Assembly: GCA_012295275.1 (NCBI GenBank)
Contig: CM022671.1
Span: forward strand, 14,012,001 to 14,076,000
Reading direction: 5' to 3'
From: Chrysomallon squamiferum
Taxonomy: Eukaryota; Animalia; Mollusca
DNA length: 64,000 bases
Shown here: positions 13,564 to 26,858 of the stretch, piece by piece
Numbering within the stretch: the first letter of the stretch is position 1
Layout of the letters: every line of letters starts with the position of its first letter
Program-made: the position numbers and the translations under genes
Notes under the pieces: model-generated
Told to the model about the DNA's origin: nothing
Seen by the model: only the letters and a program-made list of their open reading frames with translations
The model's database searches: none

Positions 13564-14479
13564 TTTTCTTTCATTTCTAACTTGCATTTGAGCAACAAGT
13601 TAATGACATTTAATGTAGGTTACAAGTTGAACTTTATTGTGAAAACATTATTTGCAGGAAATGGAATCACCAGAGATAACCATTAGGTTTGGTATTGAAA
13701 ACTTACTAATTGACAGCTGGGTTCGTAGAAAACAGTATGATGCTTTCTGCATGGTTATTGGATCAGGAATTTATCAGCATTTACAGGTATAATTTATTTT
13801 TTCACTCTTTTACAAATATGCTTTGTTAGTATTTGAATATGTGCATTTCTGCTAAATTTCACTTTATTCAACAAAATTAATTTATTTTAATACAAAAAAG
13901 GAATATGAATACATGTTATATTATTTTTAAAATATTCAATCAAGAATTCAGATATCCAGTCCAAAAGAGGAAATTTCTTTTAAATTCTAGATGTTTTGAA
14001 TATATATATTATCATCTTATTAATTACTTCATTGAAGAGTCTTTAATACAGTTAATTTTATGCTGCAGGAAAATGTTCTGCTCCGGGAAGTGTTTGGCCT
14101 AGGAGCCCCATTGCCTGTTGGAGCAAAACCAGCCAACAAACTGTCAAAATTTGAACGAGTAAGTTAAATCTCTCAAGTTATGTTTGTATGTTTCACAGAG
14201 AAAGACAGATAGGAGCAATTATGGAAATATGTTTTAGAGAAATTTGTTCCACATTTTTAAAAAGAAGTTGAGCTGTGAAAATGGTTAGCTTTCAAAATGA
14301 AATTCATTATAAATTACAAGAGCAAAATTTAGTTTTAAAACCAATGACATTTTTTTAATAATTTTTTTTATTTTTTTTTTTATGCTCAGAACCTGTATAA
14401 TGCAGCAGCCTTCAAAGCAAGGACAAAAGCAAGATCTAAACATCGTGACAAACGAGCAGTGACTGTGAATGGGTTTTAG
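8016..14479 (+). CDS. IFRD1: Interferon-related developmental regulator (IFRD1/IFRD2 family), 12 exons, 433 aa
   Basis: Exons 8016-8037, 9050-9181, 9773-9860, 10254-10334, 10825-11020, 11598-11648, 11939-12117, 12452-12560, 13036-13170, 13658-13786, 14069-14158, 14390-14479 (1302 nt, TAG). N-terminus MPKNRKR. Conserved motifs CLKKGKGDEQALAA, RISGGEAIAL, LATDSHKYRAKKDRRQQRSSFRDIL and KFERNLYNAAAFKARTKARSKHRDKR. Confidence 0.95.
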
Positions 14480-15301
14480 TGATATGCCTGAATAGATTCT
14501 GATCGTTATCATTTCTGAGCAAATATGTAAATACACTGTACATAGAATAAATACGTATACACCTGTATGTGCTAGTTCTTAGGGTAACCAATAATCATTA
14601 GAAATTAAATTGAACTCTGTGAGGTAGATATATTTCCTCTTGAGTTAAAGATTTTTCCATGAACTTACCTCTGTTTATATATTAGTTTTACAGATAAATT
14701 TGAATCAAAAAAAAAAAAAAAAAGATAAAATGTCTTAAATAATACTTTTGTTCTGTTTTGGCTAATAATTTTATGTATTTAGTTGAAAAGGAAAAAATAA
14801 TAATAATAAATTCCAAGGTAAAATTTAGTGTGGCAGACAACATATATTCTGCATGATATTTGAAAACAAAACCAGCCTTTTACTGGATACTTTTTGTTTC
14901 ATTCTTGATGTATGTTTTATATCTACATTTATGTATTATCATGTGGATAAAATTTTGAATTTATCTAATGAAATAATCTTTTCAGTTTCAATGTATAGTT
15001 TATATATATTTCATGAATTTATATATTTTAGAATAAAATTGAGATAAATGAAGTTCAGTACATTTATACACATAATTTATTTCTTTATAAAAAAATTATT
15101 AAAACATTTTTTCATATTATTTCTTTTATTTTTAATTATTTTTAAATTTTTCATTTTTTAATTATTATTATTATTATTTTGTTGAGGGTTTGGGTTTTTT
15201 TGAAATAAAAAAAAATTTTGAAGATTTATTTTAAAAGTTTGATTTGTAATGTTCATAAATTCATATTCTGCAGAAGTATATAAAAATGTGTGAGTGTATA
15301 T

Positions 15302-15312
<11 letters not shown>

Positions 15313-15392
<80 letters not shown>
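15313..15392. repeat. (TA)n microsatellite
   Basis: About 80 bp of TA dinucleotide repeat. Confidence 0.95.
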
Positions 15393-15396
<4 letters not shown>

Positions 15397-17204
15397 AGAA
15401 ATTGTAATTCGTGATTTTATGTTGTAATTATCATTTCAAGACATATTTCCCAAAACCAGTTTTATATCTTTTTTTTTGGTTCACAAAATATTTTTAACAA
15501 TTTACTAGAAATTTTTGAAATCTTTATATAATCATGTATATAAAATTTTGGAACATACTGTAAATTATAGAAAATTAATTTTTATGTTATGTAGTATAAA
15601 TTCTGGTTTGTCCTGTTGTTGTTTTTGCTTTATTGTAAACAATGTATTAAGATTATGAAATTATTGCTTCTTGTGCATTTAGAATCTTTTATTTAAATTA
15701 TACATTATTCAGTGTGAATCTGTGATGTACATTAATTAAAACCAGAAATTTGCTAATTATTCATTGTAAAATTTAAATTCAAACAGAATGAGTAATTATC
15801 AGCATTCATTTTTTTTTAATTATTATAATTATATTTGATAGATTTAGTCAGATGTTAAAATTATATAAATTTAGTTACAGATTTAAAAAAAAAATGTATT
15901 TGTTGTTATTTTCCTTGATTTATTGCTAATCTAAAACTGAAAGTGTAAATATGGGGCCGAGTTATTTAAACAGTTCTTTTCATTGATTTTATTTCAGAGT
16001 AATAGAGGAGTTTGCAAGCTGTAAATGAGAAGGTTATCATATGTTGTCAATATGAAGTCCAATTTCCTCATCATTACTTAGTGATCAAAGTTCTTTTTTT
16101 TTTAAACTGAAAAAAAACAACCTCGTTAATTCACTGATACTCTCTTGTAGTTCTGTCCAAGAATTATTCATTGTTTACAAAAGTTTTGCTATGTTATTTT
16201 TTTTTCTTTCTTGATTTTGGGGGATTTCAGTTATTAATTACATTATTGAGCAAGAAGTTGCTCATTTATGAGATTTTTATTATTTGTTCTTTACAGTTTA
16301 TTCAGAATAATTCAAAACATGGTGGATCTTTTTCTTTAATTTTTAAGCAGTGGTGTTGTCACCTGGAAATCTCTTGACAAGATTATCTAAACCTATATTT
16401 TTATGTCCTTGTCTGTTTAATCAACTTGATATACAGTTTGGGTTGTTGAGAGTAATAATTAATTTCACTTACTGATTGTTAATGTGATAATATTTTTCAG
16501 GAATAAAATTTGATATATACTGAAAATTTGTTTTTGTTTTTTTAATTGTTTTTTTCCGACCTGCATAATTTAGAAAAATGGAATTTGTTTATTATGATTA
16601 TACTGCAAAGAAAACATAACACATCGATATTTAAAGAAATAATTTAAACAACAAAGAGATGTGTGTATTATTAACAGTTATCAAAGACAGATTTTCCATT
16701 TGGTGATTATTTTATTTAAAACAACAACAACATAAAAAGCAAACCGAATTCTTTGTTTCTTTTCAACAAAGTAAGTTCATGATGATAACATTTACAAAAA
16801 CTAAAGAAGTGTTGGAAAATAATGTTAATAAAAAATACTGGTTAACGATTGGTTAATAAATGTCAAGTTAATTTTATTTCAGATAGGAAAGAGGTGATGT
16901 CAGGATCCAACAAAGTAAATTAATGAGCATTATACTCAAAACGAATGTAGCTGAATGTTAATTAAGAATACAAAAATATCAAAAGCCTAACCAAATATAA
17001 ACAAAAGAAGTAATGTAAATGCCTTTGATAGCTTAGCTAAATTTCCAAGTTTCATGTGCGTGTGTGGATATACGTATATATCTATCACGTTATGTTAGTT
17101 TCACCAACACCGCCTATGTATTTTATTTTTTCTACAGTTCATTATGATCATCGTCAATAAATAAATAATCCGAATTTCAGCAGAAAGTTGGAATTACAAT
17201 TTTT

Positions 17205-17252
17205 AACAAACCAATAGCAAAACAAGTGACGTACGAAACATGGCGGGCTAGT
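17205..17252 (+). promoter_or_regulatory. Putative HROB core promoter
   Basis: CCAAT at 17211, TGACGT at about 17227, and YY1/E2F-like AAACATGGCGGG at about 17236-17247, all about 100 bp upstream of the ATG. Confidence 0.45.
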
Positions 17253-17345
17253 TAAAGTTTTGTTTAGCTTTATGTTTTGGTTTTCTCCTCTAATTTTTTA
17301 TATTATTGATTTATTTTTCATTAAATTATTTATTTTAAAATTAAA

Positions 17346-17608
17346 ATGTTTGAAATATCTGATGACGATGACAGTTTTTGGGAGGTAATCAAATATTTTC
17401 GAATCATAAAACATGATTATCATTTTCTGAAATTTATAACACTTTATTTATCATTTTTACGGAAAATTAATTGTTAATATTGATTTTAATTTCGATATGC
17501 AAAGAAAAAAATGTTTTTATATTATTATTATCCTTATTAACTGATTTTGTAATTAGGAAGGATTGCAGAAACAAAACAGAAATTTACGTATTCACCATTA
17601 TTACTCTA

Positions 17609-17674
<66 letters not shown>

Positions 17675-18865
17675 GTTGTTGTTATTGTTATTGTTATTAT
17701 TAAAGCATGCTATTCTGTGGGTGTCAAACTGTTTAAATTTACATGTCGCTTAAGACGTTTATAAAATATATATCAGACCTTACCTTATTTTTTCAGACCG
17801 TACCCATTGACGATTTAACAATTTTTAACTCAAAGTTATCTTGTCCAAAGTTGGAATCTGAAAAAGGAAAAGACGAAAAGAAAAGCAGAACCGACAAATC
17901 ACTATCATGCACAGATTTACAACAGAAGCTTTCATGTGAATCAGGTTGTTCAATACAAAATAAACATCTAGTAACACATGTGGATTCTGAACAAAATGAT
18001 AATAACCAAAGAGTTTTGTGTGATAACTCAAGAGATGCTGTTGTTTCTATGCCTGTTATGAAAGATATTGTGAAACATTCTAGGATACAACTGGAATCTG
18101 TCAACTCTGAAGAACAAAAATGTTCTGTTCAGAAAAATGATACTAATTTCAGAGAGTGCAATACAAACAATTCTGTAGCTGTGGCAGATAAAGTATTGAA
18201 ACGTCTTGTTGCTGGGTCTCCAGATGATGGTTTCACACCTAAACGGACTAGAAGAAAATTTCCTGGACCAGCTGGACTTTTGCCAAAACTAGTTTGTTTA
18301 ATTCTGCTTTATATCGAAATTAATTAAAGTAGTACATTTTAAATATATTAAGATGTTTATTAGTTACCAAATGAAATAATTAATGTTGAATTGCTGCTGT
18401 AAAGGCTTATGCAGGTACCTACTTAATGTCAGTAGATAATTAAAATATTTAGAATAGAACAGATCAGTGGTTGCTTGGTCATTTTGTAAACATTTTAAAA
18501 CCAATAACGTATATAAACATTCAGTTTAAAAAAATAAAATTTATATGAAAATAATCAAAACAAATAATCTGCTATTATGGCAAACAAAACTATATATTTG
18601 CTATAGATTCAAGACATTTGTTTTAATATGTAATATTTAATTACTATTGATAAGTGTCTTTCAAGACCTGCAGTTTTGAATACTGTCATTTACCAATTTA
18701 TGTTCTTGTGATTGCAGAGGTCTGAGACTACACTTCATGAAGTAAAACACCTGACATCAGATGATGAAGTTAAGGTTTGTGTACAAATATAAAATTTTCA
18801 CACATCTTTTTAAAAACATAATTTTGTTTTATTTGTTTTTTAATATGTGTGTAAATGTATATGTA

Positions 18866-18938
<73 letters not shown>

Positions 18939-21685
18939 TACACTTGGTGAATAACAAAAAAATGTTAATATTATTTTATCAGTAAAATAATAATGCTTCC
19001 TTCTGTTGCAGATGCCTGAAGAAAAAACAGTTCTGTCTTCTCAGCCAAGTGATGACGTTTTCTGTGATTATCCTTGGCAACAGCTTCTTCATGATCTTGG
19101 GTCTGATGCTGACTATGTTCTCAAAAAGTTTTCGGTATCGGGCAGCTTACAAAAGGTAATAATTAAATTTATATGGTCAGTTTCTTAAACGAAAGTAATT
19201 GTCCAGTACCAATCTGAAAGGATCTTATAGTTAATATTTAAAATAAAAATCTGCTCAGAATAGAATTACAAATTTGGAGTTTTATATTATTTACAGAAAT
19301 GAGAAGTTACTGAATATAATAATTATACCAGTTTAACATTAATTATGTAAATGTTTACAAAAGTTTATAACTGGTCTAGATGATTTCATATTCCAGTATA
19401 GTGTTATATTTAACACACCTTTAGAAATAAAAGAAAAAATTATAGATTTAAAGTTTTTGGGTTCAAACAGTTCAAATAGTAATAAATGATAAATAGCTGC
19501 ATTATATTTTTGACAGGCCATGAAGAAGCAGTTACCATATGGCAAAGTTCCTCTTCTGTTCACTGTTCTTGAATCACTGGATCTCCGGGGAATTGATGCT
19601 GCTGTTATTCTCAAAGACCGATCAGGTTCATTCCAGTTTTTAGCTGTACAGTCAGCCTAACAAAACAGAACAAAAAAATAATAATAAACAAAAAATGGAC
19701 AAAATAAATAAATAAAATATTAACTTGTTGTTATTTAATTGTCAGCAAACCTCAAGCTTTCTCATGCAGTTCAAAATTATTTTCAGGCACTCTTATTTGT
19801 GACTCATACTATTACCTATGTAACATTATTTACTAACTGTAGATGTATTAATAAAGTTAGAATAATATTTATTAATGAATATTCTTTTTTTTCAAAAATG
19901 ATTCATAATTTTCACAGGGAAAATTCAAGGGACATTCCACCGAGACCTGGTGAAGGAATATGAATCTTGTCTGCAGCCAGGAGTAACATTTGTTCTCAAA
20001 CAGGTATTTTTATTTTATTTATTTATTATCTTGATGCCAATTTATTCTTTAAATTGTCCCACATTATATTTCATGTACTTTGTTTAGAATCATAACTGTC
20101 TATGTCTTAAAGAGTGAATTTCAGAGTGAAGACATAAGCTAACTCTATGTCATATTTGCATAATTTGTATATATATTTGTTGCCATACTTGCTAATTTGT
20201 TATTGCCACAAGATAAAGTTAAAAATATACTGTTTAATTTCATGGACTAAGACAGTGATAAATCCTTTTTAATTTGGATTTATTTGCAGTTTTGTTTCTT
20301 CACTTTCATTTATGTAGTTATTTATTTATTTAGTTGTTTGGTTTTATTAATTATCATTATTATTAATTTTTTTAAGTAGCGATATTTTTGTGTATGTTCC
20401 ATCTGTATTAATTTTTTCTGTTCTTGATTTAAAAATATTATGGATCTTTTCAGGTGGGAGTAATCAGTCCAACATCAAGAAGCCATTATTTAAATATAAC
20501 CCAAAACAACATTGTGAGAATTTACACATATGAAGTTACTGATGGTGTTAAATATTTTCCTAACATCACATCACAAACCATACAAGAACTGGTGAAAATG
20601 GTTAACAATCAGATGCAGCAGTTCACTTCAAGGAGGAATTCACCTCTGTTAAAAACTGACGCTAATTGTCTACCTTTTATTCAAAATCAGACCTATAACT
20701 GGAAATTTAATCAGCCTCCTTTAACTAAAGTTCTGAGAGCTTCTAATCCAGTTGTTTTGAGTCCAGGGATCAAAACTTTGCCATATTCCAGCCCTCATTC
20801 TACAGGAATTGAAACAGGATTGTCAAACAGATCAAATAGCCTGTCTACACTAGTGAGAAAGTTTTGTTTCAAATCAACTACAAATACTGCATTGGAAAGT
20901 CCAGAAACAATATCTTGTCCCAGTAAACTGTCTGTCACTGGTATAAATTTGTATAAAAATATCACTATGCAGAAAACAGGTAAAAAGATTTATCCAGATA
21001 AAGGTGGTAGTAATTCACCCATCGTCAGAACGGATTCAGAAAATCTCATGAGTTCTTCATCATTTTCAGAATTAGATAGTGAAAATGAAACTCTAATACA
21101 GTCAACTCCTATCAATCGAAGTAGCCAGAGTCTTTCTTCCAGTGCAACATGTAAATATTCATTTAAACTGAAGAGTCCTCCTACTCCATCCATTTCAACA
21201 ATAAAACAGTGTAATGATGCTTTGAATTTGTTATCTAAAATGAATGGAGACATGACTCCTTCATCTGATACAGATTTCAGTTTGAATAAAACCGAAAGTA
21301 ACCAAATTAAACGTGGAAATTACACAACTTCTCCTTTGACCTTTTCAGTTTCTGATGTTAATGGAATTGGGATGAAAGGATGTGACAAAAAATTATGTAC
21401 TTCTATTGATTGGAATAATTCAGAATGGCAGAATAGTGAATTAGGTATGACAAAATATTTAAATTGTAAAATATGACATGGGGTTTGTCTTGAAAGATGA
21501 AAAATTTCATTCACATTTTGACTGGTTTCCTTTCAAAATCTTTTAATCATAGAAACATATGGGTGATTTATTTTGTGTTTGTATTCTTGTTTTTTTGGTT
21601 ATTTATAGCACATAAAATTTTGAATTAAATTTTTCTTACAGAATTAACAGATGAACTTCTTTCTCAGCTATCAGAAGAAATGTGA
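17346..21685 (+). CDS. HROB: Homologous recombination OB-fold protein (HROB / C17orf53 / MCM8IP), 8 exons, 654 aa
   Basis: Exons 17346-17384, 17797-18291, 18718-18774, 19012-19155, 19517-19625, 19918-20003, 20454-21444, 21642-21685 (1965 nt, TGA). Hallmark RRKFPGPAGLLP, OB-fold KVPLL...DAAVILKDRSGKIQGTFHRDL...LQPGVTFVLKQVGVISP...HYLNITQNNIVRIY, and acidic C-terminal helix DELLSQLSEEM. Confidence 0.9.
17607..17700. repeat. (ATT)n microsatellite in HROB intron 1
   Basis: Trinucleotide run. Similar runs lie at about 7427-7465, 26785-26858, 44559-44598, 44857-44899, 52852-52956, 56153-56200 and 59247-59294. Confidence 0.95.
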
Positions 21686-23856
21686 TATCAACTGGAACAT
21701 GCATGAATGATGTCAACAGACCATTTGGGAATATTCTTTAGTTACAAACAAGGGCTGCCATGAAAGGTACATGATCGATGTCAAAATGTAGAAATAAACA
21801 TTTTCTTTTATTTCTTAAAGTGTGTTAAAAAATATAATGCTATAAAAAGATACTGAACTATGAAATCATGTAGACCAATTACAAACTATTTTTGAAAGTT
21901 ACCTTAATAATTAGTTAGAGCATTGATAGCAAAGGTTATAAATGTGTGCAATAGAACTCAAGAAGGGCATGTGGGTGTCCAGTACAGAATTGCTAATATA
22001 TGTAATTGATTTAGTAGTATTCATATGTCGGAGATACTCTTTTATCAGACTAGTCTTCATTATATATCCCTAAAATGTTTGCAAAGAAAATGTTACCCAG
22101 TTGCCCAGCATACAAGAGTCATAAATATCCAAGCAAAAAACATTTCCTTGCCAATGGCAGACATGTATTAAGTAATAAGAATTCTCTGTTCCAGTGAAAA
22201 ACATTGTTTATTAAACAATTATATTGAAATATATACACTATACAAAGTTTGTTTTTCTTTCACCTGAATGCATTGTCACTGTCAGTATAGAACAATTTTT
22301 TTTTTTTTTTTTTAAAAAGGAAATGAACAAGAATATATTTTGTGCATTGTAAAATATCTTGCAAAAATATATTTGTTTAGTTTGCACTACTTTAATTTAG
22401 GGTATAGAGCAACAGTAGTTTGTGTGGTTTTTCTAAAAATAAAATAAAGGAATTAACACCATTTTTATTGTATTAGATAATAATACACATTACAATTTTT
22501 AAGATATCTAACAAAATACACATAAAGCTAATGGAAATTATATCAGCTTCTAGCATACAAAGTTCTTTGAGAAATAAACAAGGGTTTTGTAGGGGTTTTT
22601 CTAGTTTACAAACTCCAAATATTTGTGAAATCACAGAATTTGTTGTTATTTTTTATTTTTAACTAGTCTGCTTGAACTATTTCTAAATTTATGACAAGTA
22701 AAAACTAATTGCATTAGAGTGAGTAAAATAACAATTTATGAGACTTAATTCAAGACTCCTAAAAGGACATTTTTATGACTGACTTGTCAAATGTTTTTCA
22801 AAAACATTTTGGTTTATGACATGGACAAAAATATATCATCTACTCTTGACTGTACCTGTATTTTTTTTTCTTTTAAAGTTAAAAACCATCTGCCATTTTG
22901 AATTATTTGTGAGTTTTTATTAACCAAAATCAAGAAATACAATTAAAATACAATATACTCAAACATTTATTTTCGATAAGATGAAATCAACACAAAATGA
23001 ACACACACTGGCAGTTAATGTTATATAAAATTATATTTAATGTTCATGAACAGTTAAAGACAAAAATCCCAAAATAAACATGAACAGATGATTTCAATGC
23101 ACAAAAGAAAGAAAATTTAAGAAGAAATATTTTAAAAGTAAATTTGTTCAAAGGTTTCGTAATGGGTTTTTTAACATTTTGCATCAAACACTAGTTACAC
23201 TGTGCTGCAGTTACTTTCTTATAAGAGCATTAATGTTGGGAGGTTTTTGGACAAGACATTTAATAACGCTGACAAAACTGAAATTTAGTTTCAGTGTCAT
23301 AACATTTTCTGATTAATTTTTTTGATGGGCTGGGTGCAGAAGAAAGCAGTTACTTTGAAATGGTAGCAAACTTTACTTGGTAATTAATATCTCCTTTTAA
23401 TTTGAGATTATTAACAGTAACAAACAGTGTGAATATATATATATATATATATGAATGCTCTTTCTCAATTTGATTTCTACTCCCAAGCAAGAATCTCAAA
23501 TTAATATTTTATAGGTGCAAAATTCTGATTTTATATTATATGATCATGAACAATATTTTAACTAGGTGGACCGCATACATAATTTTAACAGTTATTCCAG
23601 AAACAATAATAAAGTTGTCTTCATTCTGTCCCCTCCTGCTAAACATTCATTCCCTGCACCTGTTCTAACACCAAACATACAAGTTTACCTTCCCATGCAC
23701 CCTGGATGAAAAAACAATCGATGTAAACCCATCACTTATATTTTAATTTTTAAGTTATAAATTTTATTCTTTCTGGAATATCGCTCAAAAATCATTAAAT
23801 TTGTAACATTGTTCCAAAAGTTTAATAAATAACAAAGTCTAATATTATGAAGATCA

Positions 23857-25640
23857 TCAAAGATCTTCACGTTTTTTGGCAGCCTCTGGTGCATAAATTG
23901 GCATGAGTTCTTCTATCTTTCTTATAAAATCTGATTTTTCAACACAACCCTTGCAAGCTTTGTCTTCATCCCAGTCAGAAAGAATCTTTTTCAGTTCCTT
24001 CACTTTAAGTTTCTTCAGATTCACATTGCTCAAATCTATCTGCTTCTCTGTAACAAAGTTGTAAAATTATTAAAGGTAATTTATGAAAACATATAACCTA
24101 GTGTTCACTATCAAAATGCCATATAACTTTGGATTAATACCATAATAAATAATTTAACGTTTTCTGCATTTTTATTTCAATACATTTAATCTGTCCATAA
24201 ACAATCTTCTGCACACTCACATAATGAATATCTTTAAGTAAAGTTAAAATGTAAATTAAATTCTACAACTGCAGTAAAATTTATCTCAAATGTACATCTG
24301 CTCACCATATTTCAGTTCACAGATTTGGGAATCCATCTTTTTGAGCTCTTCACAGATTTTGTCTACTGGTTTAAAGAAGCTCATTGGCTTAAGAACTTTC
24401 TGCAGGATACCTGTTGCAGATTCCTCCAAACCACCTACATAGTAACACTGAAAAACATTTGAAAATAATTTAAAAAATGAAAAAAGAAAAAGAAATACAA
24501 AATATATAAATCTTCATTAAAAATATTTGTAAAAAAAAGAAGAAAAAGCCATGGGTTTTAAAAAGATGGATTTTATAACTGATCTCAAAACATAATAGAA
24601 CTTACAAATCTTTCATCTTTACTCCTGTCTTTGCCTTTCACATGTTTTAGTTCTTTACAAAATTTCCTAAAGGCAACTTCAAGTTTGTTTGCATCTTTCC
24701 TCAAATCATCATCAATACTCTGTATAAAAGCTTCCAAACTTTTGATACAAACTGAAAAACAAAAAGTTTTATTTGCAAAGTTCAGTCACATTTAGTGATT
24801 TACAATGTAAATCATATATTAATCATCACATACATTCCTAAAATCCTTCTCCCCCCAGCATTCTGACAAGTCCGAAACATATTCATCATTTGTTAATTTT
24901 ATTAGACTATCAAACAGCAAAATATCCTAAATTTGTAAAGATGAAATATTTGTACCCATTAGCTGATGAACCAATTTTCAAATTATAACAGATGGTTTAC
25001 ATGGTAAACCATAAGCAGTCTAGAAATCTTATTTAAATTTAATCAGCTTTAAAAAACACAAGATTTGATTCTTCGGATGTGGATTTAATAGATGCAAGAG
25101 GGTGTAATTTATTATTTATTTTTGAAGATTTTCCCACTCTATTAAATATCTCCACCACCTGTGTTAAAACCAATTCACAGATCACCGACATTACTAATAG
25201 TCCAATTACCAAAACCACATAACTAAACTAAACTAGGTATATATTATTAATTGTTCACACACAACCGTCGCTTGTTCTGTATACCAGTTAAATTCTTCGT
25301 AGTGTAATCAAGTTAATACCAGTACTGCGAGTACTCTAATCACTGATGTATATTTGAAGTAATCCTAATCAATTATTTTTAATGCTTTACAGTAACAGTT
25401 TTGTTAAGTTCTGATATTTTGTTTTGGCAGAGATAATCATAATGGTGTTATACCCTGACATCATTTCAAGTAATAAATACGAACAGTTCAAAGTATATAT
25501 TTATAATGTCATTTGAAATTAATCTTACCTTCACAATCACCATCTTTCAATTTGGCTTCACACTTTAAACACAAACCGGTGAATAACAATAAAATTAATG
25601 AAATTTTCAGATAATGTGCTATTTCAGAAAGATTTGACAT
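23857..25640 (-). CDS. MANF: MANF/ARMET (MANF/CDNF family) ER-stress protein, 4 exons, 196 aa
   Basis: Exons 25640-25529, 24751-24606, 24447-24306, 24047-23857 (591 nt, TGA followed by a second TGA). Signal peptide, saposin-like DCEVC...[15 protein letters not shown]...[21 protein letters not shown]-like [24 protein letters not shown] motif, and C-terminal KDEL-like REDL. Confidence 0.95.
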
Positions 25641-25925
25641 GACTAAGCGTAAATATATAACAATCTATCAATCTGTACAGTATGCTTTCAGTTCCTAATA
25701 AAAATAACTATCTTCGATCAAATAGCAAATTATGTACAACTGAACTGCTAACAAAACTAAGAAAACGTGTTTCCTGAATTACTACAACAGTTGGCGTTAT
25801 TTAATTGGTCAATACTTGGACTCGTCCACAATGCTACAAGGAACGTTACAAGTGGGGAAATATAGTCGGATTGTCCGTTCTTTAACATTCTCGCAGCATG
25901 TTTTAAATTCGACCTTTTCTGTATT

Positions 25926-25961
<36 letters not shown>

Positions 25962-26237
25962 TACATGACATTATTATTATTATCCCAGTTAATTTTATGC
26001 AAATATTCGTTTGCTAACTAAAACAGTACCTTTATTCTAAAGTAAATAGTTTAATTTTCCAAGCATATAATATATTATTATATAATATTTCATAACTGGA
26101 GTAATTCTCGTACTATCGCAGAAACTGTACAAAGACACAAGAACTTAAGAATATTTATAATAATTATATTAGGGCACGATTCACAAAACATTTGATACAT
26201 ACGTCATGGAAGAATTTACGAAATAAAATAGTATATC
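25641..26237. promoter_or_regulatory. Bidirectional promoter region between MANF and HSPA14
   Basis: 597 bp separate the divergent start codons. The interval has elevated CpG, an ERSE-like CCAAT-N9-CCAAC on the minus strand (25808-25790), ACACGT at about 25765-25770 and ACGTCA at 26201-26206. Confidence 0.7.
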
Positions 26238-26800
26238 ATGGCGGCATTTGGGGTACATTTTGGCACATGTTCTGCTTGTTTGGCTGTTTACAGGGTAATT
26301 GATTGTTTAATCTGTGTGTTTCATATACGGGGGAATAGTTGATTTTTTCTCGAATATAAATTTCATTGTGGCCACACCACTTTTAAAAGTATGCATTATC
26401 GCTGAATGTCAGTAAGTTGACAAATGTTCTTTGTAGCAGCGTGCTTTCTATTTTCGAGCAACTCTTTTTGTCCTTCGAGCTTCATCTTCGAGTTTACATA
26501 TTTTCCAAAATAACAGATATCACGACGTAGTATAAATATTTTGTTTCATCTGCGTATTCGTTTCTTGAAATGTGATGTTTGTAAATCAAATTACGGAGAA
26601 TGAACAGTCAAGTTTATTGTTTATTTTATTGTATGAGTTAATAATTAATAAATTACGTATAATATTCCAGTTTAATGCAGTTTAGATAATCATAATGTAT
26701 CGTTTCTGATAAAGATGCTGGTTATGAAGAAAGTTCTTATCAAGTTAAATTTCTTATAATTTTATTTATTTATTTATTTATTAATTATTATTATTATTAC

Positions 26801-26858
<58 letters not shown>

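Noticed and set aside
26206-26226. 6-codon uORF (MEEFTK) before HSPA14
   Set aside because: It lies only about 30 nt upstream of the main ATG and overlaps an ACGTCA promoter motif, so it may precede the TSS. It cannot be supported without TSS data.
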